From Paraspadella gotoi (lineage: Eukaryota; Animalia; Chaetognatha): DNA of 27,156 nucleotides. Both the position numbers and the translations under genes were made by a program. The DNA is taken from assembly GCA_051294375.1 (NCBI GenBank), contig CM119270.1, positions 15,417,541-15,444,696 on the forward strand, given 5' to 3'. The notes beneath the pieces were generated by a model that was not told the origin of the DNA, did no database searches, and worked only from the letters and a program-made list of their open reading frames with translations. Below are positions 1-10,537 of the stretch, piece by piece (position 1 is the first letter of the stretch; each line of letters opens with the position of its first letter).

Positions 1-105
1 ACGACGACGAGGATCGAGGATTCCCACTCAATCAAAACAAGGATGGCGTCTCGGGTCTGCGATTGAATATCGTCGGGTCATCATGACCCCAAAATGATCC
101 CTTCG

Positions 106-111
106 CTCTTC

Positions 112-149
<38 letters not shown>

Positions 150-167
150 GCTCTCTCTCTCTCTCTC
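106..167. repeat. (CT)n microsatellite
   Basis: Directly visible, with CG interruptions. Confidence 0.95.
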
Positions 168-264
168 AGTGGGCACGCGCAGTCATTAAGCGAGATGAGC
201 CATCGATGATGACTGCGGTGAGAAGCGGTGATATTAAGGAGACGCGGAAGGGGACGCGCGTTAG

Positions 265-448
265 ATACTGTGCGATACTTAATGATACTGTGCGATACTG
301 CGTATCTCAGTAACTAACTTATACGGTGCAAGAAAAACTGTTTGCTGAAGGAGTGTGCCTGATTCTGCTTTTCTCTCTATCCATTGTTTGAAACACGGTG
401 AAAGTTCTTGTGATACAGTCCGATACTGTGAGATACTGTGTTACTGTG
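265..448 (+). repeat. Degenerate 10-bp minisatellite GATACTGTG(C/A) in two clusters (265-302, 412-448)
   Basis: GATACTGTGC GATACTTAAT GATACTGTGC GATACTGC; GATACAGTCC GATACTGTGA GATACTGTG TTACTGTG. Confidence 0.8.
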
Positions 449-560
449 GGAAGAATGAATGAATCTTGGGTGTTGAGACTTAAAGAGAAGCGATTTCCCG
501 TTGGACGTGAAATCGTTAGAAACTTCGCTTGAAATATCGAGAGCGATTATCAAGGCAATG

Positions 561-611
<51 letters not shown>
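561..611. repeat. (GA)n microsatellite
   Basis: Directly visible. Confidence 0.95.
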
Positions 612-1254
612 TCTGATCCAAATTAGAGATCGATATCTATTCGTCTCTAGGTCCGTCTGAGTCCTTTTTTCCCAATGTGTCCCTCTCTAGCTCAAAATTT
701 TTCAGATGAATTGTTACCTACTTATTTAGAGAATATCTAATTAGTAGTTTACGGAGATTGAAATATTAGTTTAAAAAAACTATGAGATGTATTTTCAAAA
801 GGAGCTTGACTGTGTTAAATACAAAACATCTTTTGTTGTTATTATTTAAATTAATTTTAATTTTAAGAGTGTTCTTTAAAACAGGAAACAAAGATTCATC
901 TCAGTTCGACAACAAAATGTTTATTATTTATTCTTAGATTAACAATCCCAATAAATATTATTTTTAAAAACCGGAATTTTTGTTTTGTTGCGTTTGTTGA
1001 AAACAAAAAAAAAACCAAAAAAATAAAACCCTTTTCTCTCAATTATGACAGAAAATATTCAAATTGCCTCGCGGTCGACATTGGCGCCGTTCAATTGTCC
1101 GTTTGACGGGCGCCACTTCCGGCGAGAGAGTTAGATGGCACCGGATGGCACCGCGAATGGAACCGAAACACCGGGGAAAAAAATGGGAAAACGCATAAAA
1201 TAGAGATGAATTACTGGCTCTGGGGCTTTTGCGTTGCTTCTCTCTTTCTCTCTC

Positions 1255-1614
1255 NNNNNNNNNNNNNNNNNNNNNNNNNNNNNNNNNNNNNNNNNNNNNN
1301 NNNNNNNNNNNNNNNNNNNNNNNNNNNNNNNNNNNNNNNNNNNNNNNNNNNNNNNNNNNNNNNNNNNNNNNNNNNNNNNNNNNNNNNNNNNNNNNNNNNN
1401 NNNNNNNNNNNNNNNNNNNNNNNNNNNNNNNNNNNNNNNNNNNNNNNNNNNNNNNNNNNNNNNNNNNNNNNNNNNNNNNNNNNNNNNNNNNNNNNNNNNN
1501 NNNNNNNNNNNNNNNNNNNNNNNNNNNNNNNNNNNNNNNNNNNNNNNNNNNNNNNNNNNNNNNNNNNNNNNNNNNNNNNNNNNNNNNNNNNNNNNNNNNN
1601 NNNNNNNNNNNNNN
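1255..1614. other. Assembly gap (N-run)
   Basis: 360 N. Confidence 1.
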
Positions 1615-2007
1615 ATATTCTACTGCCGCAACGGAGTTTGCTACAGATATCTCATCGCTTTTTCTAATCTTCCCGTTGATCAAAATTCAATTTTATTTCG
1701 TAAAAAGTCATTGCTTGGGTTTCCCGTTTTTTTTTCCTCGTACGATGAACTCCTACCGATGAAGATGAATTATCTTCCAAAAAAACAATTCTCTTCTTCA
1801 AATTCTTTTTCTTTTTTTAAATTAATAAAAAAAAATAAAAAAAAACTGACGTGAATTCGCTAGATTTTAAAGAGAGATAGCGAGCGCGAAAAATAATTTA
1901 CATCCACAGGAAAAAAAAAACCCAAGAATTTTCGTTGGGAACAATTTTGAATATATAAAAAAATATTCTGATTTATCATCCATTTTGTTTTCTTTCCAAA
2001 CTAATAT

Positions 2008-2107
2008 ATGGAGGCCTTAAACCACCAAAGCCTGTCCAAAGTCAGGGGCAAGATAGCTTATTTATTGAATGAATGGATAATTTTTATATTGGTTGTACCA
2101 ATTTCAT
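2008..2107 (+). mobile_element. Dispersed repeat family, core-only copy (~100 bp)
   Basis: ATGGAGGCCTTAAACCACCAAAGCCTGTCCAAAGTCAGGGGCAAGATAGCTTA...ATTGGTTGTACCAATTTCAT, near-identical to 26598-26705 and to the reverse complement of 6347-6444 and 6678-6776. Confidence 0.85.
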
Positions 2108-2230
2108 ATGATAACGAATTCAGGTCGGTCATTATTTTCGGACGATTTGAGCCGAGAATTTTAAACGATTACGATTCTTTGCGAACGAAATGGACGCATC
2201 AATTATTCGATGCTAAAAATAGCAAATGGA

Positions 2231-2447
2231 NNNNNNNNNNNNNNNNNNNNNNNNNNNNNNNNNNNNNNNNNNNNNNNNNNNNNNNNNNNNNNNNNNNNNN
2301 NNNNNNNNNNNNNNNNNNNNNNNNNNNNNNNNNNNNNNNNNNNNNNNNNNNNNNNNNNNNNNNNNNNNNNNNNNNNNNNNNNNNNNNNNNNNNNNNNNNN
2401 NNNNNNNNNNNNNNNNNNNNNNNNNNNNNNNNNNNNNNNNNNNNNNN
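2231..2447. other. Assembly gap (N-run)
   Basis: 217 N. Confidence 1.
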
Positions 2448-2551
2448 TTTTTTTTAATATTTACGTTGTGGTCATTGAATTAATTCATCGATTTTTCTCT
2501 CGACAGAGAATAATCGACCGTCAATGAAAAATGTTTCCGCGTCTTTTTTTT

Positions 2552-2576
2552 NNNNNNNNNNNNNNNNNNNNNNNNN
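2552..2576. other. Assembly gap (N-run)
   Basis: Exactly 25 N. Confidence 1.
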
Positions 2577-2597
2577 TTTGTGTTGAGGGATGAACCA

Positions 2598-2602
2598 GAG
2601 AG

Positions 2603-2640
<38 letters not shown>

Positions 2641-2783
2641 AAGAGAGGAAGAGAAGAGAAGCCTGCTAAGCAATATAAATAAAGAAATCTGCTTCATTTA
2701 TATACATGGGGGCGAGAGAGGAGAAGGAAGAAAAAAAAATACGAGATGACGAGAGGAGACCAGAGAGAGATCAGAGAGAGAGT

Positions 2784-2823
<40 letters not shown>

Positions 2824-2870
2824 TTAGAGAGACATCAGAGAGAGGAGAAGAACAAGAGAGAGCGAGAGAG
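2598..2870. repeat. Interrupted (GA)n tracts in the spacer of the inverted duplication
   Basis: Tracts at ~2598-2660 and ~2762-2870. Confidence 0.9.
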
Positions 2871-3408
2871 TCACAATAGACAAAAAAAGACGCGGAAACA
2901 TTTTTTCTCATTCTTGACGGTCGATTATTCTTGTGCAGAGAATCGATGACATTATTCAATGACCACACGTTCTTCGTCGTCACGTAAATTATTAACAATA
3001 AAAACATGGCGTCGATCTTTTCATTAATCCTAGTCTTTCTTGTCTCTTGTCTCCGACGTATCGACGTCCTTTTTTCGTCGAGAAGAGGAAGGGGAGGAGT
3101 GGGGGCGCGGAAAATACAGGGGACTAGGGCGTCGGGTGGGACGCATGGATGGCTCCTCCCGGAGCCTTCGAACGGGGCATCTGTGGAATACCACTCTTTC
3201 TTGATTCATATGAAAGTCAAATTCAGTTGGCCGCCGATTTTCTTCCTTTACTAAACTCAAAAAAAATTGCGTCCATGTGCATACTTTTAAGGCATCGAAT
3301 AATTGATGCGCCATTTCGTTGCGCCAAAAAGAATCGTAATCGTCTTTTAAAATTCTCGGCTCAAATTCGTCCGAAATTAGATTGCACCGAGACCTGTAAT
3401 TCGTATCA

Positions 3409-3514
3409 TATGAATTCGGTACAACCATATAAAAATATCCATTGCATTCATATAAATAAGCTTATTCTTGTTCCTGACTTTTTGACAGGCTATTTGGTAG
3501 GTTATAAGGCCTCC
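3409..3514 (-). mobile_element. Dispersed repeat family, core copy within the right arm of the inverted duplication
   Basis: Reverse complement reads GGAGGCCTTATAACCTACCAAATAGCCTGTCAAAAAGTCAGG...ATGGTTGTACCGAATTCAT; many small indels versus 2010-2107; may not be an independent insertion. Confidence 0.75.
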
Positions 3515-3714
3515 GCGATTGCGACCAGGTGAACGTCGGCTAACACCCTCAGGCTGGCCTCCTCCTCTCTTATCGCTTGCCTCGCTCTTCCTGCTCTCCT
3601 CTGCTCCTCAATTCTTCTTGGCCTGCATGCGTCACCGCAGGTGTGCATTGGATCTAATAATGTTGCATGGGTCCGCGGCCAAATGGCCTCAACGACCGGT
3701 TGCCCTGGTGGTCG

Positions 3715-3875
3715 GGGAAGAAAGAAGAAAAAAAAGGAAAGAGAGAAGAGAGCGGTGAGAAAGAAGAGAGAAACGAGAGAGAGAGAGAGAAGAGAGAGAG
3801 AGATGAGAGAGAGGAGAGAGAGTACGAGAGAGAGAGAAGAGAGGATTAAGAGAAAGAGAAAGAGGTCAGAGAGAG
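3715..3875. repeat. Degenerate (GA)n polypurine tract
   Basis: Directly visible. Confidence 0.9.
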
Positions 3876-5153
3876 TATAACTAGACACGGCAGAAGGAGA
3901 ACGCACGAGATGAAGTTGATCTAGGAAAATCGGAATGAAAAAAAGGGAAAGGGGTACGTGGCTGTGACGAGAAGCTTGCATAGAAATCTATGAGCGCACG
4001 GTTCAAGTCAGTGTTAGGAATCGGGGTCTAATCATGTGTAGCGGATGATACCAGACCTGCGAAGGGAAGGGTCGTAATCAGCATTCGATCCAGTCCAAAC
4101 AGTGAGCACAGTGGGCACATAATCATTCGAAGTTGAGAGCTTCTGCTTAGTGCTAGTATTCTATATGTGTGTACTACAGTGCGCTAGCTAGTAGCCCTTC
4201 AAGTGGGAGAAACTCTGCGAATGGTGTATTCGAGTGGCACCCCAACGCGGGTGTGCGCTGGGTGGATGTTTCTTCGGTTTCGTGGCGCGACTCTTGTACT
4301 GGATATGGCGGCGCAGCCTCTGTCTTTTTTGTCAAAGGTTGAATTAAAGAGATTTACCTCCAGTTTTATCAAGTTAAAGAAATGGAGTAAGTCTCCGGGA
4401 TTTGTGAAAATCATAGTGAGAGTAAGTTAATAGTAGCTATAAACAGTATATGTGCAGTGAAATCTGTGGCATGCCTGTAGATAGGGGAACATTGCCAAAG
4501 TTTTTTGGGTATGAGTTAAATTTTGAGAAATTGTAATCTGTGTAAATATTTACAATTTTACATTACTGGTGTGAGATGTAAATAGATGTTTTACATGTTC
4601 AGGATTGAGTCGGTCAAAGACTGAAGTTTTTTCTTCGCCCTATGCAGAAAATTTTTGTATTCCGAGAGAATCTCATAATTTTTATTCTTCATCCACTAGG
4701 AGGACACTTTTGACTCCAGGAAGAAATCCTCTCTCTCATCTCTCTCCTCTCTCTCTTCTTCGTCCGATCTCTCTCTCAATCCTCTCTCGCCTTCTCCCTG
4801 TCCACCGTCTACGCTTGATAAACCCAGCCGCGCTGATGCATGTCCCGGCCGGACTCTTCCCCGCTGGGGAGGTGCTCGAGGTGAAGTGGGTGTAGATCAA
4901 CCCTCTCAGCACGACCTCCCAACAGGACTAACGCCGGCCCTGAAAGAATCGCACCAGGTTGGAAATCTCCGGCATGTATCAGTGCACCACAACAATCTAT
5001 ACTCTCCCACCTTCCCAATCTCTCTTCTCTAGTGCCACTGTCCTTTTAAAAGAAACGGAATAATTTTTTTCGGAATTGAAATCGGAACAGAACGCGGGGA
5101 CTTTCGGGGTCACGGTGGTCACGAATGACGAGTCATGTGACTTCGCACGTGCC

Positions 5154-5198
<45 letters not shown>

Positions 5199-5333
5199 AG
5201 AGAAAGAGATAACTGTCGGAAGATTAAAGATTCGATTTGATCAAAAGAAATTGAGAATTGACGATGATATTCTCACCTCGGACACCTTATGGCGATTTGA
5301 GAGAGAGAGAGAGAGAGAAGAGAGAAGGAGAGA

Positions 5334-5389
<56 letters not shown>

Positions 5390-5518
5390 CACCCACCCCT
5401 CTCTTAGAAATGAGTTCCTAAAAAATTCAGAAAAGGCGTTCAAGAGAGGCATTAATAAGACTGAGGACAGTAATAAGATGAGCTCACGTTACCTAGATGT
5501 CAATTCTCTAATTCTCTG

Positions 5519-5549
<31 letters not shown>

Positions 5550-5626
5550 CTTCTCTTCTCTCCTCTCTCTCATCTCTCTCTCTCTCTCTCTCTCCTCTCC
5601 CCCCCCCCCTCCTCCTCTTCTCTCTC
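5154..5626. repeat. Microsatellite cluster: (GA)n 5154-5208, (GA)n 5299-5389, (CT)n 5519-5626
   Basis: Directly visible. Confidence 0.95.
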
Positions 5627-6346
5627 CGCCTTAATTATTTTTATTGTTTTCTTTTTCCTTTCCACTTTCCCGTAAAAATGGCCGATTCGCCGGCGTCTTT
5701 TGTTTTTTCGTGAGAGGGAATCTCGCGATGGAGATTGCACCACCCAAGGGGGGGGGGGAGTTCGATCCCCGGGTCATTGCCGACCTCCAAATGATCCTCG
5801 CGGGGTCAACCTTCTTTATTCTGTTTTTGGGGCTGGAACGGGCTGAGAAAAGCCCACAACAGGGGGTCGATCTCTCATATCTCTCAGCCTGAAAAATTCG
5901 TCGTTAAATCCGATTTATTTCTGTTTTATTCGTTCTATCCAGAACTTAAAATCATAACATGAATGATCTAAAATTCCGTTTTTTAAAGTTTTCTTCAATT
6001 ATATGCCTTAGATATATAAAACTTTATGGTGACAAAGTCGTCCTCAGCTATAATTATAGTTAACTTAACTCATAATTCGGAGAGAATTCGTTTTTTTGAT
6101 TGTCCGTTGAATCTATACTGGTTAGTAGTACGTCTTGCCTGTCGCACAGTACGTTCATTTTTAATCGCACCCTCCTTACGGACGCTCGTTTCCCGTCAAA
6201 GGCAGATTATCCACCTAACCGTTTTGGCGTCTTAATTTCCGATTCTTGTTTACTTTATGACGTCAAAACCGAGGCTTTTCGGAACAATGAGTTCAATTTT
6301 AAATTAAAAATGTAAATGTAAATAAATAATAATGAGTATATAATTC

Positions 6347-6598
6347 ATGAATTGGTAACATACCAATACAAATTATCCATTCATTTATAAAATAAGCTAT
6401 CTTGCCCCTGACTTTGGACAGGCTTTGGTGTTTAAGGCCTCCATCACTCTTACAAGATAAATGAATAGCAGGTCCCTGCAAGTTTTCAAATCAAGAAATC
6501 TTTCACAGTCTCGTTATTCATTCCCGAGTACCTGGCTTCCCTATCAAATGAAGTGGAAAATATTTTCAAAGAATGTTTTCAAATTGTATGAAAAGAAC
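6347..6598 (-). mobile_element. Dispersed repeat family, long copy (core plus ~150-bp extension)
   Basis: Reverse complement aligns over ~250 bp with 26456-26705 (CATACAATT.GAAA...CCAGGTACTC.GG...GGGACCTGCTAT...CTTGTAAGAGTGATGGAGGCC...CCAATT.CAT). Confidence 0.85.
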
Positions 6599-6677
6599 CA
6601 CTCCCTTAAGTATTAGATCGGGGAATACTTATTTTACTCCGCACTAAGCATCAAAATACACCCAAGGAGCTGAATTT

Positions 6678-6776
6678 ATGAAATTGGTACAACCAAATAC
6701 ATTATCCATTATTTAATAAATAAGCTATCTTGCCCATGACTGTGGAAGGCTTTGGTGGTTTTAGGGCCTACCTCAT
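6678..6776 (-). mobile_element. Dispersed repeat family, core-only copy, direct repeat of 6347-6444
   Basis: ATGAAATTGGTACAACCAAATACATTATCCATT...TAAGCTATCTTGCCC...GGCTTTGGTGGTTTTAGGGCCTACCTCAT, starting 331 bp after the preceding core. Confidence 0.85.
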
Positions 6777-7640
6777 ATTATAGCGTTAAGCGATAGATTA
6801 CATGTTGTAAGTTATCAAAAATTTATGAGCCAGCACATTTATATATGACTGCGAGTATCAACCATCGCAAAGTCTAACGGCAAAATATATTTTTACCGTA
6901 CTCTAAATGAATTTTGTACAAGATGAACCTTAGTTCCCGCCTTGATTAACTAATTTTCCTTTCTCAAACCTTCGGTGTTCACAAACAGGTCCAAGTGTAT
7001 TCCCAAGCAATTTCAAGCCGTCCAGACGTGTTATTTTATCAGCCCGATATGGGTTTTTGTTAAAACTTTTTCGCATTGGTTTTATTTTCCATTTTAAAGT
7101 TTTAAACCAATTTGGTCGATTTTTTCATTTTTTTTCTTCGCTAAAATATAAATAGGAAGATAGGGAGACCAAATTTCTCGTCCTTATGCGACGATCAGAT
7201 CGTGTGTGAATTCGTGATTCCGCCTGGTTTGGATTTCTTCAGGTGACTGGTGCTAATCGGATTAATCGGGTGACTGGGGATTTGGTTGGTTTAAGCAGAT
7301 ATTGAGAGATTCAAGTGAACTCGATGATGGTGATCTTGACGAGTTACGGAAGATTAAATACCGTGACTACTGATTTCTGGTTGACTAAGGTTCCCAAAAA
7401 GTAACATAACGCTGGACACAAATAGCCGGCTCTCCTCAATGGTATTTGCTACGTAGTTTTTTGGCGAACACTGAAATTGTAAGAAACTATGAAAGTGCTT
7501 GCAGCACAAGAGTATTTTAATCTCTGTGACAATGGATGTCATTGACTGGTGATTAAAATTACTAACTTTGGTGATCCGTGACTTTCAGCTTTTCGTTTCG
7601 GAGACAAAGTCGGCGCGACGAACCTCAAAAGACTAACGCC

Positions 7641-7668
7641 GACGACGACGAGCGACGACGAACGACGA

Positions 7669-7738
<70 letters not shown>
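7641..7738. repeat. (GAC)n trinucleotide microsatellite
   Basis: Perfect run ~7669-7738 with a degenerate 5' edge. Confidence 0.95.
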
Positions 7739-8601
7739 ACGATCAAGTCACTCACCTCTTATCTCTTCAAAATTGCGATAAAAAGTTCCAATCAACTTTG
7801 ACTCAGTTCCACCGAAACTTTACTTCGCGCTTTTAGTATTTTTTTAGAGGAATATTGTGTTTTTAAAAACTTTTTTATTCTCTGATTTTTTTTATATCTG
7901 AATTCTTAAAAATTTTATACCCTTTAAAAAGATAAGTCATGTAGTGCCATATAGTACGGATTGAGTTAGGTCAATGTTAAAATAATAATGGTGATCGTCA
8001 AGATATTGGGAGAAAAAAATTGCTTTAGTAATTTTACATAAATTTTTTGAAAAGTTCATTGGATTAACCCAACTGATCGCCGTCGAGAGTAAGATACATA
8101 AATGCGCGGCGAAATCAAATTTAATATTCAAATATCGAATTTGATTTGAAGGAAATAAAAAAGCGAAGATCGGAATTGTGAATCGTCGATTCTGGTTGTG
8201 TAAACATTGGGTTTTAGTTCAAACCGTTTTGGTAAAAGCCTCAGTGAATAAACCAGAGTATATACGTTAAATAATAGAACGTGTTTAGAGCATTAGTGCA
8301 TCGGAGCATCTCGAAGTCGCAGAAATGGACGGGGAATGAAAAACTGGTTGATGTGAATGAAGATGAAAATGAGTTCATAAAGAAGAGAAGATGGAAGATG
8401 CAATAAAAATGGGGCACGAATGGATATTCACTTGTGTGAGTTCTATATCTAAAAAGGAAAATTTTAGAGGCAAAGAATCGGTGACATTTTCCAACCAAAT
8501 ATTGTTTCTATACTTTCTTTGGGAAACGTTTTAAAAGGCGCGTTTTTCTCTTATCTTGAAAAACGGCACCTTCTCTCTTATCCGACTAAAGACGACTTTT
8601 G

Positions 8602-8637
8602 AGGAGAAGAGAGAGAGAGAGAGAGAGAGAGACGAGC

Positions 8638-8698
<61 letters not shown>

Positions 8699-8927
8699 AT
8701 TACGGGCAAAGGTGATAAAAAACAAAAGAGCAAGGTTGGAGGCATCTGCGACGGCAGGCGCGTCTACGAGAATCACAGAAGCCGTCGGCAATTTAAAAAA
8801 AAGAACATCGTTATGGCGACGACAGCAAAGGAACTCATTTATGGACGTTTACGGCGTGGCGCAATAATCTCTTCATGGGAGGGAGAACCAGCGGAGAAAG
8901 AGAGAGAGAGACGAGAGAGAAAGAGAG

Positions 8928-8975
<48 letters not shown>
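8602..8975. repeat. Two interrupted (GA)n tracts (8602-8698, 8895-8975)
   Basis: Directly visible. Confidence 0.95.
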
Positions 8976-8978
<3 letters not shown>

Positions 8979-9324
8979 TTCCCATGGAAAGAACAAGGAA
9001 GTGTTGGGGGGGAAACCGGTCCTGGGATAAATACGAATATGACTGACAGAAAAGTGGAATTGGCAAGGGTTATGGAAAGCGGAGAGAGGGTAAAGAGACA
9101 GATAGAGTGGACGAGAGAGCTAGAGTGGGGAGAGACAGGGAGACGAAAAGAAAAAGAATTAAAGATAAAAATAAAAGTGGGAAAAACTAGCAATGAAGAC
9201 TCCAAGGTAACATATTAAGAAAGAAACAAAAACTGTAACAGAGACAAGATCATTTCCTAAAAATTATAAGAAATAGATGATCCAAAGAAATACAGTTAGT
9301 TCGGAACGAACATAATGCCGGAAA

Positions 9325-9481
9325 AAGTCAGACAGACTAACATCATGATAGACAACCTTGACAAACAGTCTGACGTCGGATATCCAGATCAACAGCTGGT
9401 CAGACAAACAGACGGTCAGACTACAGATATATAGATTAACGACAGACATACAGCGCTTAAAGACAGACAAGACAGACAGAA
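9325..9481. repeat. Degenerate (GACA)n/(CAGA)n tetranucleotide region
   Basis: Recurring CAGACAGAC, GACAAACAG, GACAGACA. Confidence 0.65.
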
Positions 9482-9807
9482 GCAAAAGGCCAAACAGCGA
9501 GGTACGAGTGTCTCTCGCAAGGAAAGAGGAAGACCAGATGAAGAGGCGAAAGGTGAGAAGGCGCGACTCAAAGGTGTGGGGGGGAGGTGGAGGGGGAGTG
9601 AAGGGGAGGGAAGAGGGAAAGTAAAGAAGAAACCATCTTCTCGCTGTTCTACTGTCGTTTCCCGCGCAGCAAGCAATACACCATAGCACCATAGGCACCC
9701 CATAGAAACAAATGGTTTCCGCCGATGAAATGGCGTCTATTTTCTTCGCCGTCCGTCCGCCGACAAATATCTTTTTTTTCTTTTTATCTTTTTTTCATTT
9801 AGGTCTG

Positions 9808-9836
9808 TCCTCTCTCTCGATCTCATCTCTCTCTCT

Positions 9837-9867
<31 letters not shown>
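9808..9867. repeat. Interrupted (CT)n microsatellite
   Basis: Directly visible. Confidence 0.9.
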
Positions 9868-10305
9868 ACTGTTTCTAAAACCGTAGCGCATTTTCTCTCT
9901 TCTCTCTCCAATAGACGAGACAGTGACTATTTTTCGAGCGAAACTACTAATAGCCGTTTTCTCTCAGCTGCTGTTGTCGAGTCTTTGTTTCACTTTAATA
10001 ATTAGTTGAGTTTTCTTGCCTATAACATCATTAATTATACAAACATTGTCTGTGTGCGCGTTATCGTGAACGCGGTAAAAATGGTTTTGGAGCTTAATGA
10101 GAAAACAAGAAAATTTTTGGGTAGAGTAAGTTAGGAAAACAATGAAAGAGCCAAATTCTTGATGTGATATGAAGGCCGGTCCCAGTTCAATATGAAATAC
10201 AAAAACTAATAGTATTTACATAAGAAATTGAACCGTACGTCATTCGCAATTTGACATCCATGCTGGTGAGGAGAACATTCTTGAATCCTCATTGCTTTCT
10301 TCAAA

Positions 10306-10308
<3 letters not shown>

Positions 10309-10363
<55 letters not shown>

Positions 10364-10470
10364 AGAGAATGAGAGAGAAGAGAGAGAGATACCGAGGCGC
10401 AAAACGAGGGTGAGGAAAACTACGTCATTAACGAGCGGCGCAAAACTCGGAACAGATAAAGAGAGAAGGA

Positions 10471-10505
<35 letters not shown>

Positions 10506-10537
10506 GAGGAGAGAGAAGAGAGAGAGAGAGAAGAGAA
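10309..10537. repeat. Two interrupted (GA)n tracts (10309-10388, 10461-10537)
   Basis: Directly visible. Confidence 0.95.

Larger units (their letters stand above)
2010..3514. repeat. Large inverted duplication (arms ~2010-2551 and ~2882-3514), possibly an assembly artefact
   Basis: 2010-2230 is the reverse complement of ~3272-3514, and 2448-2551 of ~2882-3003 (e.g. GAATAATCGACCGTCAA/TTGACGGTCGATTATTC; AATGTTTCCGCGTCTTTTTTT/AAAAAAAGACGCGGAAACATT). Confidence 0.9.

Noticed and set aside
265-448. Short repeats as a CRISPR array
   Set aside because: 10-bp abutting units with no regular unique spacers and no cas genes, in eukaryotic context.
1134-1164. GATGGCACCG x2 and other tiny tandem duplications (16622 TTTTACC x3, 19824 TAGTAAG, 25203 AAATTACG, 26410 ATTCTTA)
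   Set aside because: Ordinary slippage products with no further structure.
2007-2108. TA target-site duplication around core-only copies (Tc1/mariner MITE)
   Set aside because: The A before TG and the T after CA are shared by long copies too, so little of the TA is informative, and there are no real terminal inverted repeats beyond ATG/CAT.
2008-2230. Similar peptides in ORFs at 2008, 3030-3428 and 6299-6481 (HQSLSKVRGKIAY; FEPRIL..DYDS)
   Set aside because: Explained by the DNA-level repeat and inverted duplication; frames are not conserved between copies.
5748-5775. GTTCGATCC B-box/T-loop-like motif
   Set aside because: No A-box, D-arm, anticodon arm or acceptor stem, so not a tRNA or tRNA-SINE head.
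6670-6700. Hammerhead-ribozyme-like GAAA-TTGGT-ACA-ACCAA at the repeat end (retrozyme hypothesis)
   Set aside because: The required CUGANGA box is absent (CTGAATT here and in the 2008 copy, not conserved in the 6347, 21667 or 26456 copies). An Infernal/Rfam search would be decisive.
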